From: an uncultured Gemmatimonas sp.
GTDB taxonomy: Bacteria > Gemmatimonadota > Gemmatimonadetes > Gemmatimonadales > GWC2-71-9
Reading direction: 5' to 3'
Assembly (NCBI GenBank): GCA_964649225.1
Contig: CAZYPO010000003.1
Coordinates: 36,692 to 100,691, forward strand
DNA: 64,000 nt
This document shows positions 27,852 through 35,314 of the stretch, piece by piece (position 1 is the first letter of the stretch; every line of letters starts with the position of its first letter). The notes beneath the pieces are model-generated. The model saw only the letters and a program-made list of their open reading frames with translations. It was not told the origin of the DNA and made no database searches. The translations under genes and the position numbers were made by a program.

Positions 27852-28964
27852 ATGAAGTTCACGATCACGCGGGAAAAACTGCACGAGGGTCTCGGGGCCG
27901 TCGCGGCGAGTGTCCCGACCAAGACGACCCTTCCCGTGCTGGCCAACATTCTGGTAGAGGCCACCAAGGACGGCCTCTGCCTGTCAGGCACCGACCTCGA
28001 TATTTCGGTGAGCACAACCGTTCCGGCATCGGTCGACCAGGAAGGAGCCACAACGCTGCCGGCGCGCAAGCTGGTGGAGATCGTCAAGGAACTGCCCAAC
28101 GCCGCGATCCGGATCACCAGCTCGGGCGAGCAGCGGGTCCAGATCGAGTGCGGCAGGTCCAAGTTCAAGTTGCTCGGCCTGGCCCGGGATGAATTTCCCG
28201 CTTTTCCCACTGTGAAGTTCGAGGGTGGTTGGAAGGTCGCCGCCCGCGAGCTGCAGAAACTGATCGGACACGTGGCTTTTGCCGCCAGCACCGAAGAGAG
28301 TCGCCCGATCCTGAATGGCGTGCTCTGGGAGCTCCGGCCCGACCGGATGCGCATGGTCGCCACCAACGGCCACCGCCTGGCGCGGATGGACGTCCCCGCC
28401 AGCGGCCAGGGCGGCGGCCAGGTCGATCTGATCATCCCACCCAAGGCTCTGGAACAGATCCGCCGGCTTTTTGGGGGCGACGAGGAAATCGAGATCGGCA
28501 AAAGCGACAATCATCTCGGGTTCCGCTCGACCACGACCCACATCTACACCCGGCTGATCGAGGGGCCCTACCCAAACTACGAACAGGTGATTCCGCGGGA
28601 AAACGACAAGTCGCTCACCGCGGACAAAGCGGCCCTTGCCGCGGCGCTTCGCCGCATGAGCATCGTGGCGAGCGATCAGACTCACCGCATCCGCATGGCG
28701 TTTACCAATGGCGCCTGCAAGCTCTCGGTCCAGACCCCCGACTTGGGCGAGGCGCAGGAAGAGCTGGCGGTGGCCTACGAGGGGGATGCCCTGGAGATCG
28801 GCTTCAATGCGGCCTACCTGCTCGAGATTCTGAAGTACATGCCCACCGATGAGGTTCGCATGACCTTCAAGGCTCCGGAGCGCGCGGCCACATGCGAGCC
28901 GGTCGGCTGGGATGATCCAGCGAGTTATCTCACCTTGGTCATGCCGTTGAGGCTGGTCGACTAG
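27852..28964 (+). CDS. dnaN: DNA polymerase III beta subunit (sliding clamp)
   Basis: ORF 27828..28964 trimmed to ATG 27852 (MKFTITREKLHEGLGAVAASVPTKTTLPVLANILVEA...). Three-domain length; ends ...LVMPLRL. Confidence 0.95.
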   Translation: MKFTITREKLHEGLGAVAASVPTKTTLPVLANILVEATKDGLCLSGTDLDISVSTTVPASVDQEGATTLPARKLVEIVKELPNAAIRITSSGEQRVQIECGRSKFKLLGLARDEFPAFPTVKFEGGWKVAARELQKLIGHVAFAASTEESRPILNGVLWELRPDRMRMVATNGHRLARMDVPASGQGGGQVDLIIPPKALEQIRRLFGGDEEIEIGKSDNHLGFRSTTTHIYTRLIEGPYPNYEQVIPRENDKSLTADKAALAAALRRMSIVASDQTHRIRMAFTNGACKLSVQTPDLGEAQEELAVAYEGDALEIGFNAAYLLEILKYMPTDEVRMTFKAPERAATCEPVGWDDPASYLTLVMPLRLVD

Positions 28965-28971
28965 GAGGTTG

Positions 28972-29883
28972 CTACCAGCTGGTCAAAGAGTCCTGCCTTA
29001 CCCGCAGCGTATCGATCACAGTATCCGGCTTGACCTTCAGTGAATCGGGCAGGGTGTCGGGTGGCGCGTCCGGCACGTCCGGCACCGGAGGGATCACCAC
29101 ATCTTCTCCCCGCAGCCGGCGCATGATCATGCTCTGCCGCCAACGCATCCGGCCTGGCCGATAACTGAGGTTGGAGCTGAGCGGAAACGGAAGCGTGCCG
29201 GCCAACGCGGCGGCTTCTTCCAGCGAGAGCGTCGCCGCACCATGCCCGAAGTACTTCCGGCTCGCTGCTTCAGCGCCCCAGATTCCCGAACCCAGCTCCG
29301 CGACGTTCAGGTAGAGTTCGAGTATCCGTGCTTTCCCCAGCCAGTACTCCAGTCGCCAGGCGGTGATCGCCTCCTTGAGCTTGCGGAGCGGGTTCCGCGA
29401 GGGTGAGAGGTAGAGGTTCTTTGCCAGCTGCTGCGTGATGGTGCTTGCCCCACGGATACGGCCCCGACGCGCCCAGCCCTGCTGCACAGCGCGCCAGAGC
29501 TGCGAGCGATCCCGTCGCTCCAGCCAGGAGAAGCCGTCGGGACGATAACCCAGCGCATGACGGAATTCGACGTAGTCGATCCCCGAATGCTCATAGAAGC
29601 GCTGGTCTTCTCCCGCCAGCACGGCGCTCTTGAGAGTCGGTGCGATCTTGCCGAGCGCCACCGGCTGGTACAGTCGGGGCCGTGGTTCGAGCTCGTGCCG
29701 CCGCATTGCCATGAACGCCGTCTCGCGTGGCCACGCCCAGCGGTACCAGGCTGGCGGCGGCCAGAGGAACCACAACCATGCTCCCAGAGCAAGCAAAAGG
29801 AGCTGGGCACCGCGCAGGATGAGCCTTCCCCGACGCCGGGACTTCCCTGCCCCCCTCTCTACGGGCTCCCGACCGGTTTCCAA
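28972..29883 (-). CDS. mtgA: Monofunctional biosynthetic peptidoglycan transglycosylase (GT51)
   Basis: ORF 28972..29883 (TTG start, uncertain). N-terminal TM helix; GT51 motifs ...AVLAGEDQRFYEHSGID... and ...GASTITQQLAKNLYLSPSRN...RILELYLN.... Proline-rich C-terminal tail. Confidence 0.85.
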   Translation of the reverse strand: METGREPVERGAGKSRRRGRLILRGAQLLLLALGAWLWFLWPPPAWYRWAWPRETAFMAMRRHELEPRPRLYQPVALGKIAPTLKSAVLAGEDQRFYEHSGIDYVEFRHALGYRPDGFSWLERRDRSQLWRAVQQGWARRGRIRGASTITQQLAKNLYLSPSRNPLRKLKEAITAWRLEYWLGKARILELYLNVAELGSGIWGAEAASRKYFGHGAATLSLEEAAALAGTLPFPLSSNLSYRPGRMRWRQSMIMRRLRGEDVVIPPVPDVPDAPPDTLPDSLKVKPDTVIDTLRVRQDSLTSW

Positions 29884-29895
29884 GACCTAGCTCAA

Positions 29896-29915
29896 GTAGT
29901 TGTATTTACAACTAT
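29896..29915. repeat. A/T-rich palindrome family, copy 1: GTAGTTGTATTTACAACTAT
   Basis: Exact 20/20 reverse complement of copy 2 (32293-32312). Lies 7 nt downstream of the stop of the 29923..30717 gene and 12 nt upstream of the mtgA TTG. Followed by GATAAT on the plus strand. Confidence 0.8.
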
Positions 29916-29922
29916 GATAATA

Positions 29923-30717
29923 TCAAGGCAGTACAGTCACCTTCACGCTCCGTATCACCTTTACCGGGATCGGTGCCGGCATCATCGCCGACTTAAGGGT
30001 CTGATCGCTGGTGGAGTTTGAGGTCCCGCCGAGGTAGCGGCCATCTGCCGCGACCAGGCTGGTGCTGCTGCCGGTGACCTTCCCCTCGACTTCCATCGTC
30101 CCCGCCTGCGGGTTTTCCAGGGTACCGGTCACGCTGGCGCTGCTGACTGCACCGAGCTTGAGCGCCGTTATGCCGGACACACTCTCCTGCCCGCCTGCGG
30201 TGTAGTTGATCAGGAATTTGCTCTTCAGGTTGGCGCCATTGGTGGTGGTGGTCACCTCCACCGTGTCGCTCCAGCCCTCGCCGGATTTTGCTCCCGCCTT
30301 CACTTTCGGGAAGAAGCTGTGGATGATGCCTTGGACGTCCGCCAGAAACAGATTGGTGCTGGGCTGCTGGATGAGATTCTTGACGCGGCCGCTGGGATCG
30401 ACAAAGCCGTGCAGCACGCCGCCTTTGGCGCTGTCCGCGGTGGTTTGGGTCACCTGTGGGGTGGCGCCATCGTATTGCATCGAATCGACCACGACGTGCA
30501 AGGTCCGGCCGCCGGCGGTGTCGCTCAGCGTCACCTCGATCCAACTCACCAGACCGAAGTTGACCTGCTGCGGTGGCTGGCCGAAGGCGCTCAGATCCAC
30601 CGTGGTTTCATTCTTGGTCTCGATTCGGTATTTCGTGGTGACCGGTGCGCTCCGCGGCGCCGGGAGAACCAGAATTCCGAGGGCAAAGCCGGCACAGGCC
30701 GCTGGACGCATCGACAT
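29923..30717 (-). CDS. Hypothetical secreted protein
   Basis: ORF 29923..30717. Signal-like N-terminus MSMRPAACAGFALGILVLPAPRSA. Thr/Ser/Gly-rich beta-type sequence with no motif I recognise. Confidence 0.7.
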   Translation of the reverse strand: MSMRPAACAGFALGILVLPAPRSAPVTTKYRIETKNETTVDLSAFGQPPQQVNFGLVSWIEVTLSDTAGGRTLHVVVDSMQYDGATPQVTQTTADSAKGGVLHGFVDPSGRVKNLIQQPSTNLFLADVQGIIHSFFPKVKAGAKSGEGWSDTVEVTTTTNGANLKSKFLINYTAGGQESVSGITALKLGAVSSASVTGTLENPQAGTMEVEGKVTGSSTSLVAADGRYLGGTSNSTSDQTLKSAMMPAPIPVKVIRSVKVTVLP

Positions 30718-30787
30718 GGTGTTTCCCTCTCATGGTAAAAGGGGCCGACACCTGCCAGCCCCAGGAGGCAAAGAAATCTATGCAGAA

Positions 30788-30816
30788 CCCCCGGCATCGC
30801 TCGTAGGATGCCGGGG
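30788..30816 (-). terminator. Hairpin terminator downstream of rnpB
   Basis: On the minus strand CCCCCGGCATC-ctacgagc-GATGCCGGGGG follows the RNase P RNA 3' end directly, then TTCTGCATAGATTTCTTT. Confidence 0.6.
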
Positions 30817-31236
30817 GCACGGGTCGGAACGTAAGCCGAGTTCTGTTCCCTTCCCCTTCGCCTTGCGGTCCAGGTTCGTGGGATGGTCATCTGTCTGGGA
30901 TGACCGTCGCCGGCCACCTCGAGCAGCCTACCCGCGGCTGGGCCCTTTGCTTGCGCTCGGGGCTAACGGTGTGGGTCACACCTCGCCGCCTATTTGGCCT
31001 TGCTCCGACTGGGGGTTGCCGTGCCCCCTTGCTTACGCTCGGGGCGGTGGGCTCTTACCCCACCGTTTCACCCTTACCCCTTCGGCCTTTGCGGGCCTTC
31101 AGGGGCGGTTTGTTTTCTGTGGCCCTATCCGTCGCCTCGCGGCGCCCAGGCGTTACCTGGCAGTCTACCCGATGGAGCTCGGACTTTCCTCGGAGCAAGT
31201 ACTCGTCGCTCCGCGACCATCTCGTCCTACCCGTGC
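30817..31236 (-). ncRNA. rnpB: RNase P RNA, bacterial type A
   Basis: The reverse complement contains the universally conserved blocks CGAGGAAAGTCCGAGCTCCATCGGGTAGACTGCCAGGTAACGCCTGG, ...GGTAAGGGTGAAACGGTGGGGTAAGAGCCCACC... and ...ACAGAACTCGGCTTACG.... The P1 helix is formed by 5' GCACGGGTAGGACG and 3' CGTTCCGACCCGTGC. Ends are approximate (+/-5 nt). Confidence 0.92.
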
Positions 31237-31376
31237 TGAAGAATAGACTCTAGCCAATTTCTCAGCCAGTATTGCGGGTTTTCGCTCCGGGGAGTCGTCG
31301 ATTACTCCAAGACCTGGTTGAGCGGGTTTTGAGAGTGGAGCACTATCGTGGCCGCGACCCCATCGGACCGGCCTAG

Positions 31377-32285
31377 ATGCTCACAGTTCCTCCTTCGCGC
31401 TACTCGAGTCGCCTGCCCCGCAGCTCCGCTCCGACTGTCGCGGCCGTGCTTGCGCCCGCCGAGCGCGCCAGCCTCGACGCCGCAAGCATTGGCTGCTTTG
31501 CCGTGCTGCACCGGGATTCGGTGCCCGAAGCCGTACGAGCGGTGCGGGAGCGCGCGGTCGACGCCGTACTACTCTCGGTACACCAATGCGCCGATGTGCG
31601 CACCGACGTAGTGGATCAGTTGGTTCGTAGCTTCCCGGGAGTACCCACCGTAGCCCTGGTCACTCGGCACGACGCTGCCGCCTCGGAGACGTTGCTTCGT
31701 CTGGGAGCGACCGGCGTGCGCCAGGTCGTGGATGTCACCGCCGCCACCGGGTGGGCGCGTTTGCGCCAGCTCATCGCTGAACCGGCGACTCGCGGGGCCG
31801 CGCGGATCCTGGCGCCCGTGCTGGCGGTGCTGCCGCGGCTCCCGGCCGATGCCCGGTTCTTTCTGGAGCTGTTGATTCGTCTCGCGCCCGAAACACCAGC
31901 GGTGCGGGCACTCGCCACTCGGTCTCAAATCAAACCCAGCACCCTGATGTCGCGCTTCTCACGAGCGGGGCTGCCCTCCCCCAAAACCTACCTGGCCGCC
32001 ATCCGCCTGCTCTACGCGGCGCAGTATTTCGAGGGAGGTGGCCGCTCCGTCTCGGATGTGGCGTACCGGCTCGACTGTTCTTCTCCGCAGAGCTTCGGTC
32101 GCACCCTGCGCGCGATGCTGGGGATTACACCGGGAGAGTTCCGCAGGCGCTTTCCATTTCCCGCGGCGTTGCAGCGCTTTCTGACCCAGCTCGTGGTGCC
32201 CTATGAGGAGGTTTGGGCTTCCTTCCATCCCTTGCACGGGAATGCTCGCGAAGCAGCCTGGGGCTCAGGTAACGTCGACACCTAA
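31377..32285 (+). CDS. AraC-family HTH regulator with N-terminal receiver-like (apparently non-phosphorylatable) domain
   Basis: ORF 31377..32285 (ATG preceded by in-frame TAG). The C-terminus ...TYLAAIRLLYAAQYFEGGGRSVSDVAYRLDCSSPQSFGRTLRAMLGITPGEFRRRF is an AraC-type HTH. The N-terminal ~120 aa has a CheY-like alternating pattern. Confidence 0.8.
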   Translation: MLTVPPSRYSSRLPRSSAPTVAAVLAPAERASLDAASIGCFAVLHRDSVPEAVRAVRERAVDAVLLSVHQCADVRTDVVDQLVRSFPGVPTVALVTRHDAAASETLLRLGATGVRQVVDVTAATGWARLRQLIAEPATRGAARILAPVLAVLPRLPADARFFLELLIRLAPETPAVRALATRSQIKPSTLMSRFSRAGLPSPKTYLAAIRLLYAAQYFEGGGRSVSDVAYRLDCSSPQSFGRTLRAMLGITPGEFRRRFPFPAALQRFLTQLVVPYEEVWASFHPLHGNAREAAWGSGNVDT

Positions 32286-32819
32286 CTCTGTTATAGTTGT
32301 AAATACAACTACTATAATCCCTGCTGCCTCGATCGCACCGCGGCCACCTTGCAGGCGGTCGACTACCGCAAGCACGCCAAGCACCTTGCCTCCTTCGGCA
32401 TGTACGGCTGCGATAGCCTGAAGCGCCGACCCGCCGGTCGTAATCACATCCTCCAGTACCACCACCGAGTCACCGCTGTTGAAGTTGCCCTCGATGCGGC
32501 GGGTGGTGCCGTGGGCCTTAGTCTCCTTGCGGACGCTGAACGCCTGGATCAGGGGAGGCAGGTCGGCGCTAGCCCGGGCAATCGCGCAGGCCACCGGGTC
32601 GGCGCCCATGGTAAGCCCGCCGACGGCCGTCGGCGTCCAACCCGCCTCCCGGATACTAGAGAGACCGAGTCGTCCCACCAGGAGCTGGCCCTGGGCCGAC
32701 ATGGTCGTCTTACGCGCGTCGATGTAGTAGCGGGAATGTTGTCCGGAGGCCAGGCGGAAGTCACCAAAGCTGACAGAGCGCTCGCGGAGCAGGGCCGCGA
32801 GCGACTCCCGATCGGTCAC
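32265..32819 (-). CDS. pyrE: Orotate phosphoribosyltransferase
   Basis: ORF 32265..32933 trimmed to GTG 32819 (VTDRESLAALLRERSVSFGDFRLASGQHSRYYIDARK; GTGA overlap with kinase stop). PRPP motif VVVLEDVITTGGS. Confidence 0.9.
   Translation of the reverse strand: MTDRESLAALLRERSVSFGDFRLASGQHSRYYIDARKTTMSAQGQLLVGRLGLSSIREAGWTPTAVGGLTMGADPVACAIARASADLPPLIQAFSVRKETKAHGTTRRIEGNFNSGDSVVVLEDVITTGGSALQAIAAVHAEGGKVLGVLAVVDRLQGGRGAIEAAGIIVVVFTTITELGVDVT
32293..32312. repeat. A/T-rich palindrome family, copy 2: ATAGTTGTAAATACAACTAC
   Basis: Exact reverse complement of copy 1. Starts 7 nt after the AraC-like gene stop (TAA 32283-32285) and lies inside the last codons of convergent pyrE. Followed by TATAAT (32313-32318). 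Confidence 0.8.
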
Positions 32820-33724
32820 TCCGTTCCTCGGCGGAAGATCGAGGAAAAAAAGCCGGCCTTCTTCCCCCCGGAAGGAGAATCCTCGTTGCTCGCCGCGCAA
32901 AATGCCTGCGCGAACTCTTCCACCGTCTTCCATCGCTTGGAAAGGTCACGCTCGAGCCCCGTCATGACGGCCTGCTCGATAGCCAGCGAAAACTTCAAGC
33001 CCTTGACCGCCTCATTGAGCGGCACCGCGGACTGCGTGAGCAACTGCTGGAACAGCTCTCGAGGACTGCGCCCAGGGAAGGGAAGCACGCCAGTCAACAA
33101 GTGGTAGGCGATCGTAGCCAGGCTGTACACATCGGCCTGTTCCCCCACCAGCTCGCCGGAGAGCGCTTCTGGCGCGACATATTGCAACGTGCCGACAAAA
33201 AACCCCGCACGGGTCAGCCGCTCGGCGGGGTTGTCCTCGGCGTCGCGAGCGATACCAAAATCGAGCAGTCGGGCGGTCTGGGTCTCGGGGTCGTACATGA
33301 TGTTGGCAGGCTTGAGATCGCGGTGGATAATCCCGGCCTTGTGCGCCACAGCCAGCGCCTGCCCCAATTGCTCGATGATATTCGCCACGACCGGTGGGGC
33401 CAGCCTGCCTGCGGCGGTGAGGAAGCTGGCGAGCGGCTCACCCTTGGCCCATTCGAGCGCCAGGTAATACAGCCCCTCCGATTCGCCGAAGTCGTAGGTG
33501 CGGATGATGTTGTCGTGCCGGACCCGGGTCCCGAACTCCGCTTCGCGCAGGAACCGTTTCACCGCGATCGGGTCCTGCGCCATGCGCGGCCGCAGGATCT
33601 TGATGGCGGCAGGTCCTCGCTCCGAATGCTCGGCGCGATACACAGTTGCCGTGCCGCCCTCTCCGACGTGCGAGAGAAGTTTGTATCCGGCCACGGTCCG
33701 GCCGACGAGATTATCTTGGCTCAT
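32816..33724 (-). CDS. Hanks-type serine/threonine protein kinase (kinase domain only, no TM or sensor domain)
   Basis: ORF 32816..33724. Contains GEGGTATVYRA...AIKIL, HRDLKPANIM, DFGIA and GTLQYVAPE. Short C-terminal tail. Confidence 0.9.
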   Translation of the reverse strand: MSQDNLVGRTVAGYKLLSHVGEGGTATVYRAEHSERGPAAIKILRPRMAQDPIAVKRFLREAEFGTRVRHDNIIRTYDFGESEGLYYLALEWAKGEPLASFLTAAGRLAPPVVANIIEQLGQALAVAHKAGIIHRDLKPANIMYDPETQTARLLDFGIARDAEDNPAERLTRAGFFVGTLQYVAPEALSGELVGEQADVYSLATIAYHLLTGVLPFPGRSPRELFQQLLTQSAVPLNEAVKGLKFSLAIEQAVMTGLERDLSKRWKTVEEFAQAFCAASNEDSPSGGKKAGFFSSIFRRGTE

Positions 33725-33857
33725 GGGAGGCAGTCCAAGCTACAGCCGGGGCAGGGTGGTTACAAGCGCGCGTGTAGGATCCCCCGGGGTGGAGCGTCCC
33801 CTCTTCGAATACCCGACCTCCCAGACCCGGCTACGCCACCTTTATCGCGGCGCTCGT

Positions 33858-35273
33858 ATGACGACCTCCGATTCCCTCCGGCGCGCCCCTGCGGCCGGAC
33901 TGCTGCTCGCGGCACTGGCCTGCGGTGGCAGCCGCACCGCGGCGGGAGGGGTCACCCCCTCCACCGAACAAACTCTGACCGAGCTGTTCAACCTGCCCGC
34001 GCTGTACCAGCGTATGGGACGCCTCGCCGCGAGCGGGCCGATGCCATTCGTTGGCAACATCGCGTTTGTTGCGGGACAGGGGGATTCGACCGTCGCCCGG
34101 GTGGGACTCTCCTTCGAGAACCACGCGTTCGCATTCTCGCGCGATGGCCGCGCCTTTTCGACGCGCATTCGGGTCGAATACAGCTTCGCGCCGGTGAGCG
34201 GGACTCCCGGGGTTCGGGTGGCACCCGGGTCGGAGACGCGGGCCGCTGGGGCTCCGGTCCAGGCGGTTCGGGACGAGGTGATCCGGGTCGAGTCCTTCCG
34301 CGAGACCCAGCGGGGCGACGAGAGCGTCATCGTTGAGCAGGGGTTTCTCCTCGCCCCCGGCAACTACGCTCTTTCGGTCACGGTGCGGGATCCCGGCTCC
34401 AACGCGTTTTCGCGGGCGGAGCAGGCGATCGAGGTGCCGGCCTTCCGCGCCGGGAGCAACACCTCACCGATCCTGGTGTATCAGGCCCGGCCGCGGCAGC
34501 GGCTCACCGACTCCCTCATGCTGGTGCTCAATCCGCGGGGGACCGTCGCCAATGGCGGGGGGGACTCGCTCCTGATGTACGTCGAGGGCTATCAACTGGC
34601 CGGGCCTCGTCAGATCCCGGTGGAGGTGCGTGACGACCGCGACAGCGTCATCTACCTGGGGAGCATCCCCTTCCAGGGCGGTCGTCCGCTCGAAGCCCAC
34701 GTCGTTCGTCTGGCCTCGGACGCGCCCCCTCTCGGCGAGCTGCGCGTTACCCTCGGCGAAGCCGGCGAGGCCAAGAAAATCACCGCGCTGGTGTCCTTTT
34801 CACGCAGTTGGGTGGTGACCAACTACGACAACCTGCTCGCCTTGCTCCGCTTCTTCCCCTGGGCGCCCGACCGTCTGAACGCGCTGCGTAGCGCGAAGCC
34901 CGGGGATCGTCCCCGGCTGTGGCGGGAATTCTGGGCGGCCAGTGATCCGGTGCCGGAAACCGGCGAAAACGAAGCGCTCGACCAGTACTTCACCCGGATC
35001 GCCATCGCCAACGAGCGCTTCAAGGATGAAGGTGGCCCCGGCTGGCGCACCGATCGCGGCGAAGTGTTCGTGACCCTGGGCGAGCCCGATCAGGTCATGG
35101 AAACGCCCCCGGGCACCGAGCAGCGGATCGTCCAGTGGGTGTTCAGCAGCTATCGGGCGGTCATCAACTTTACCGGGCAGCTCGGCTTTTCCCGGCTCCG
35201 GATGACACCCAGCTCCAGGGCAGAATTCTCTCGCGCCCGTGCACAGGTGATGCGGCAGGGGAATACTCGGTAG
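33858..35273 (+). CDS. GWxTD domain-containing lipoprotein
   Basis: ORF 33498..35273 trimmed to ATG 33858 ([24 protein letters not shown] lipobox). The C-terminal ...RFKDEGGPGWRTDRGEVFVTLGEPDQV... matches the GWxTD motif. Confidence 0.8.
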   Translation: MTTSDSLRRAPAAGLLLAALACGGSRTAAGGVTPSTEQTLTELFNLPALYQRMGRLAASGPMPFVGNIAFVAGQGDSTVARVGLSFENHAFAFSRDGRAFSTRIRVEYSFAPVSGTPGVRVAPGSETRAAGAPVQAVRDEVIRVESFRETQRGDESVIVEQGFLLAPGNYALSVTVRDPGSNAFSRAEQAIEVPAFRAGSNTSPILVYQARPRQRLTDSLMLVLNPRGTVANGGGDSLLMYVEGYQLAGPRQIPVEVRDDRDSVIYLGSIPFQGGRPLEAHVVRLASDAPPLGELRVTLGEAGEAKKITALVSFSRSWVVTNYDNLLALLRFFPWAPDRLNALRSAKPGDRPRLWREFWAASDPVPETGENEALDQYFTRIAIANERFKDEGGPGWRTDRGEVFVTLGEPDQVMETPPGTEQRIVQWVFSSYRAVINFTGQLGFSRLRMTPSSRAEFSRARAQVMRQGNTR

Positions 35274-35311
35274 GGGCTAGGGATTGGGGAGCCCTAACCC
35301 CTTAGCTTTTT
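35273..35311 (+). terminator. Rho-independent-like terminator after the GWxTD gene
   Basis: GGGGCTAGGG-attggggag-CCCTAACCCC (9/10 paired), followed by TTAGCTTTTT, just before the polA ATG. Confidence 0.6.
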
Positions 35312-35314
35312 GGA

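Noticed and set aside
29896-32312. Segment (hypothetical gene, rnpB, AraC-like gene) bracketed by perfect 20-bp inverted repeats, as a transposon, invertible cassette or MITE-bounded island
   Set aside because: No transposase, recombinase or target-site duplication is seen. The segment carries essential rnpB. The repeat is itself a palindrome that also occurs at 45971 and 52317 in unrelated contexts. It is better treated as a dispersed site family.
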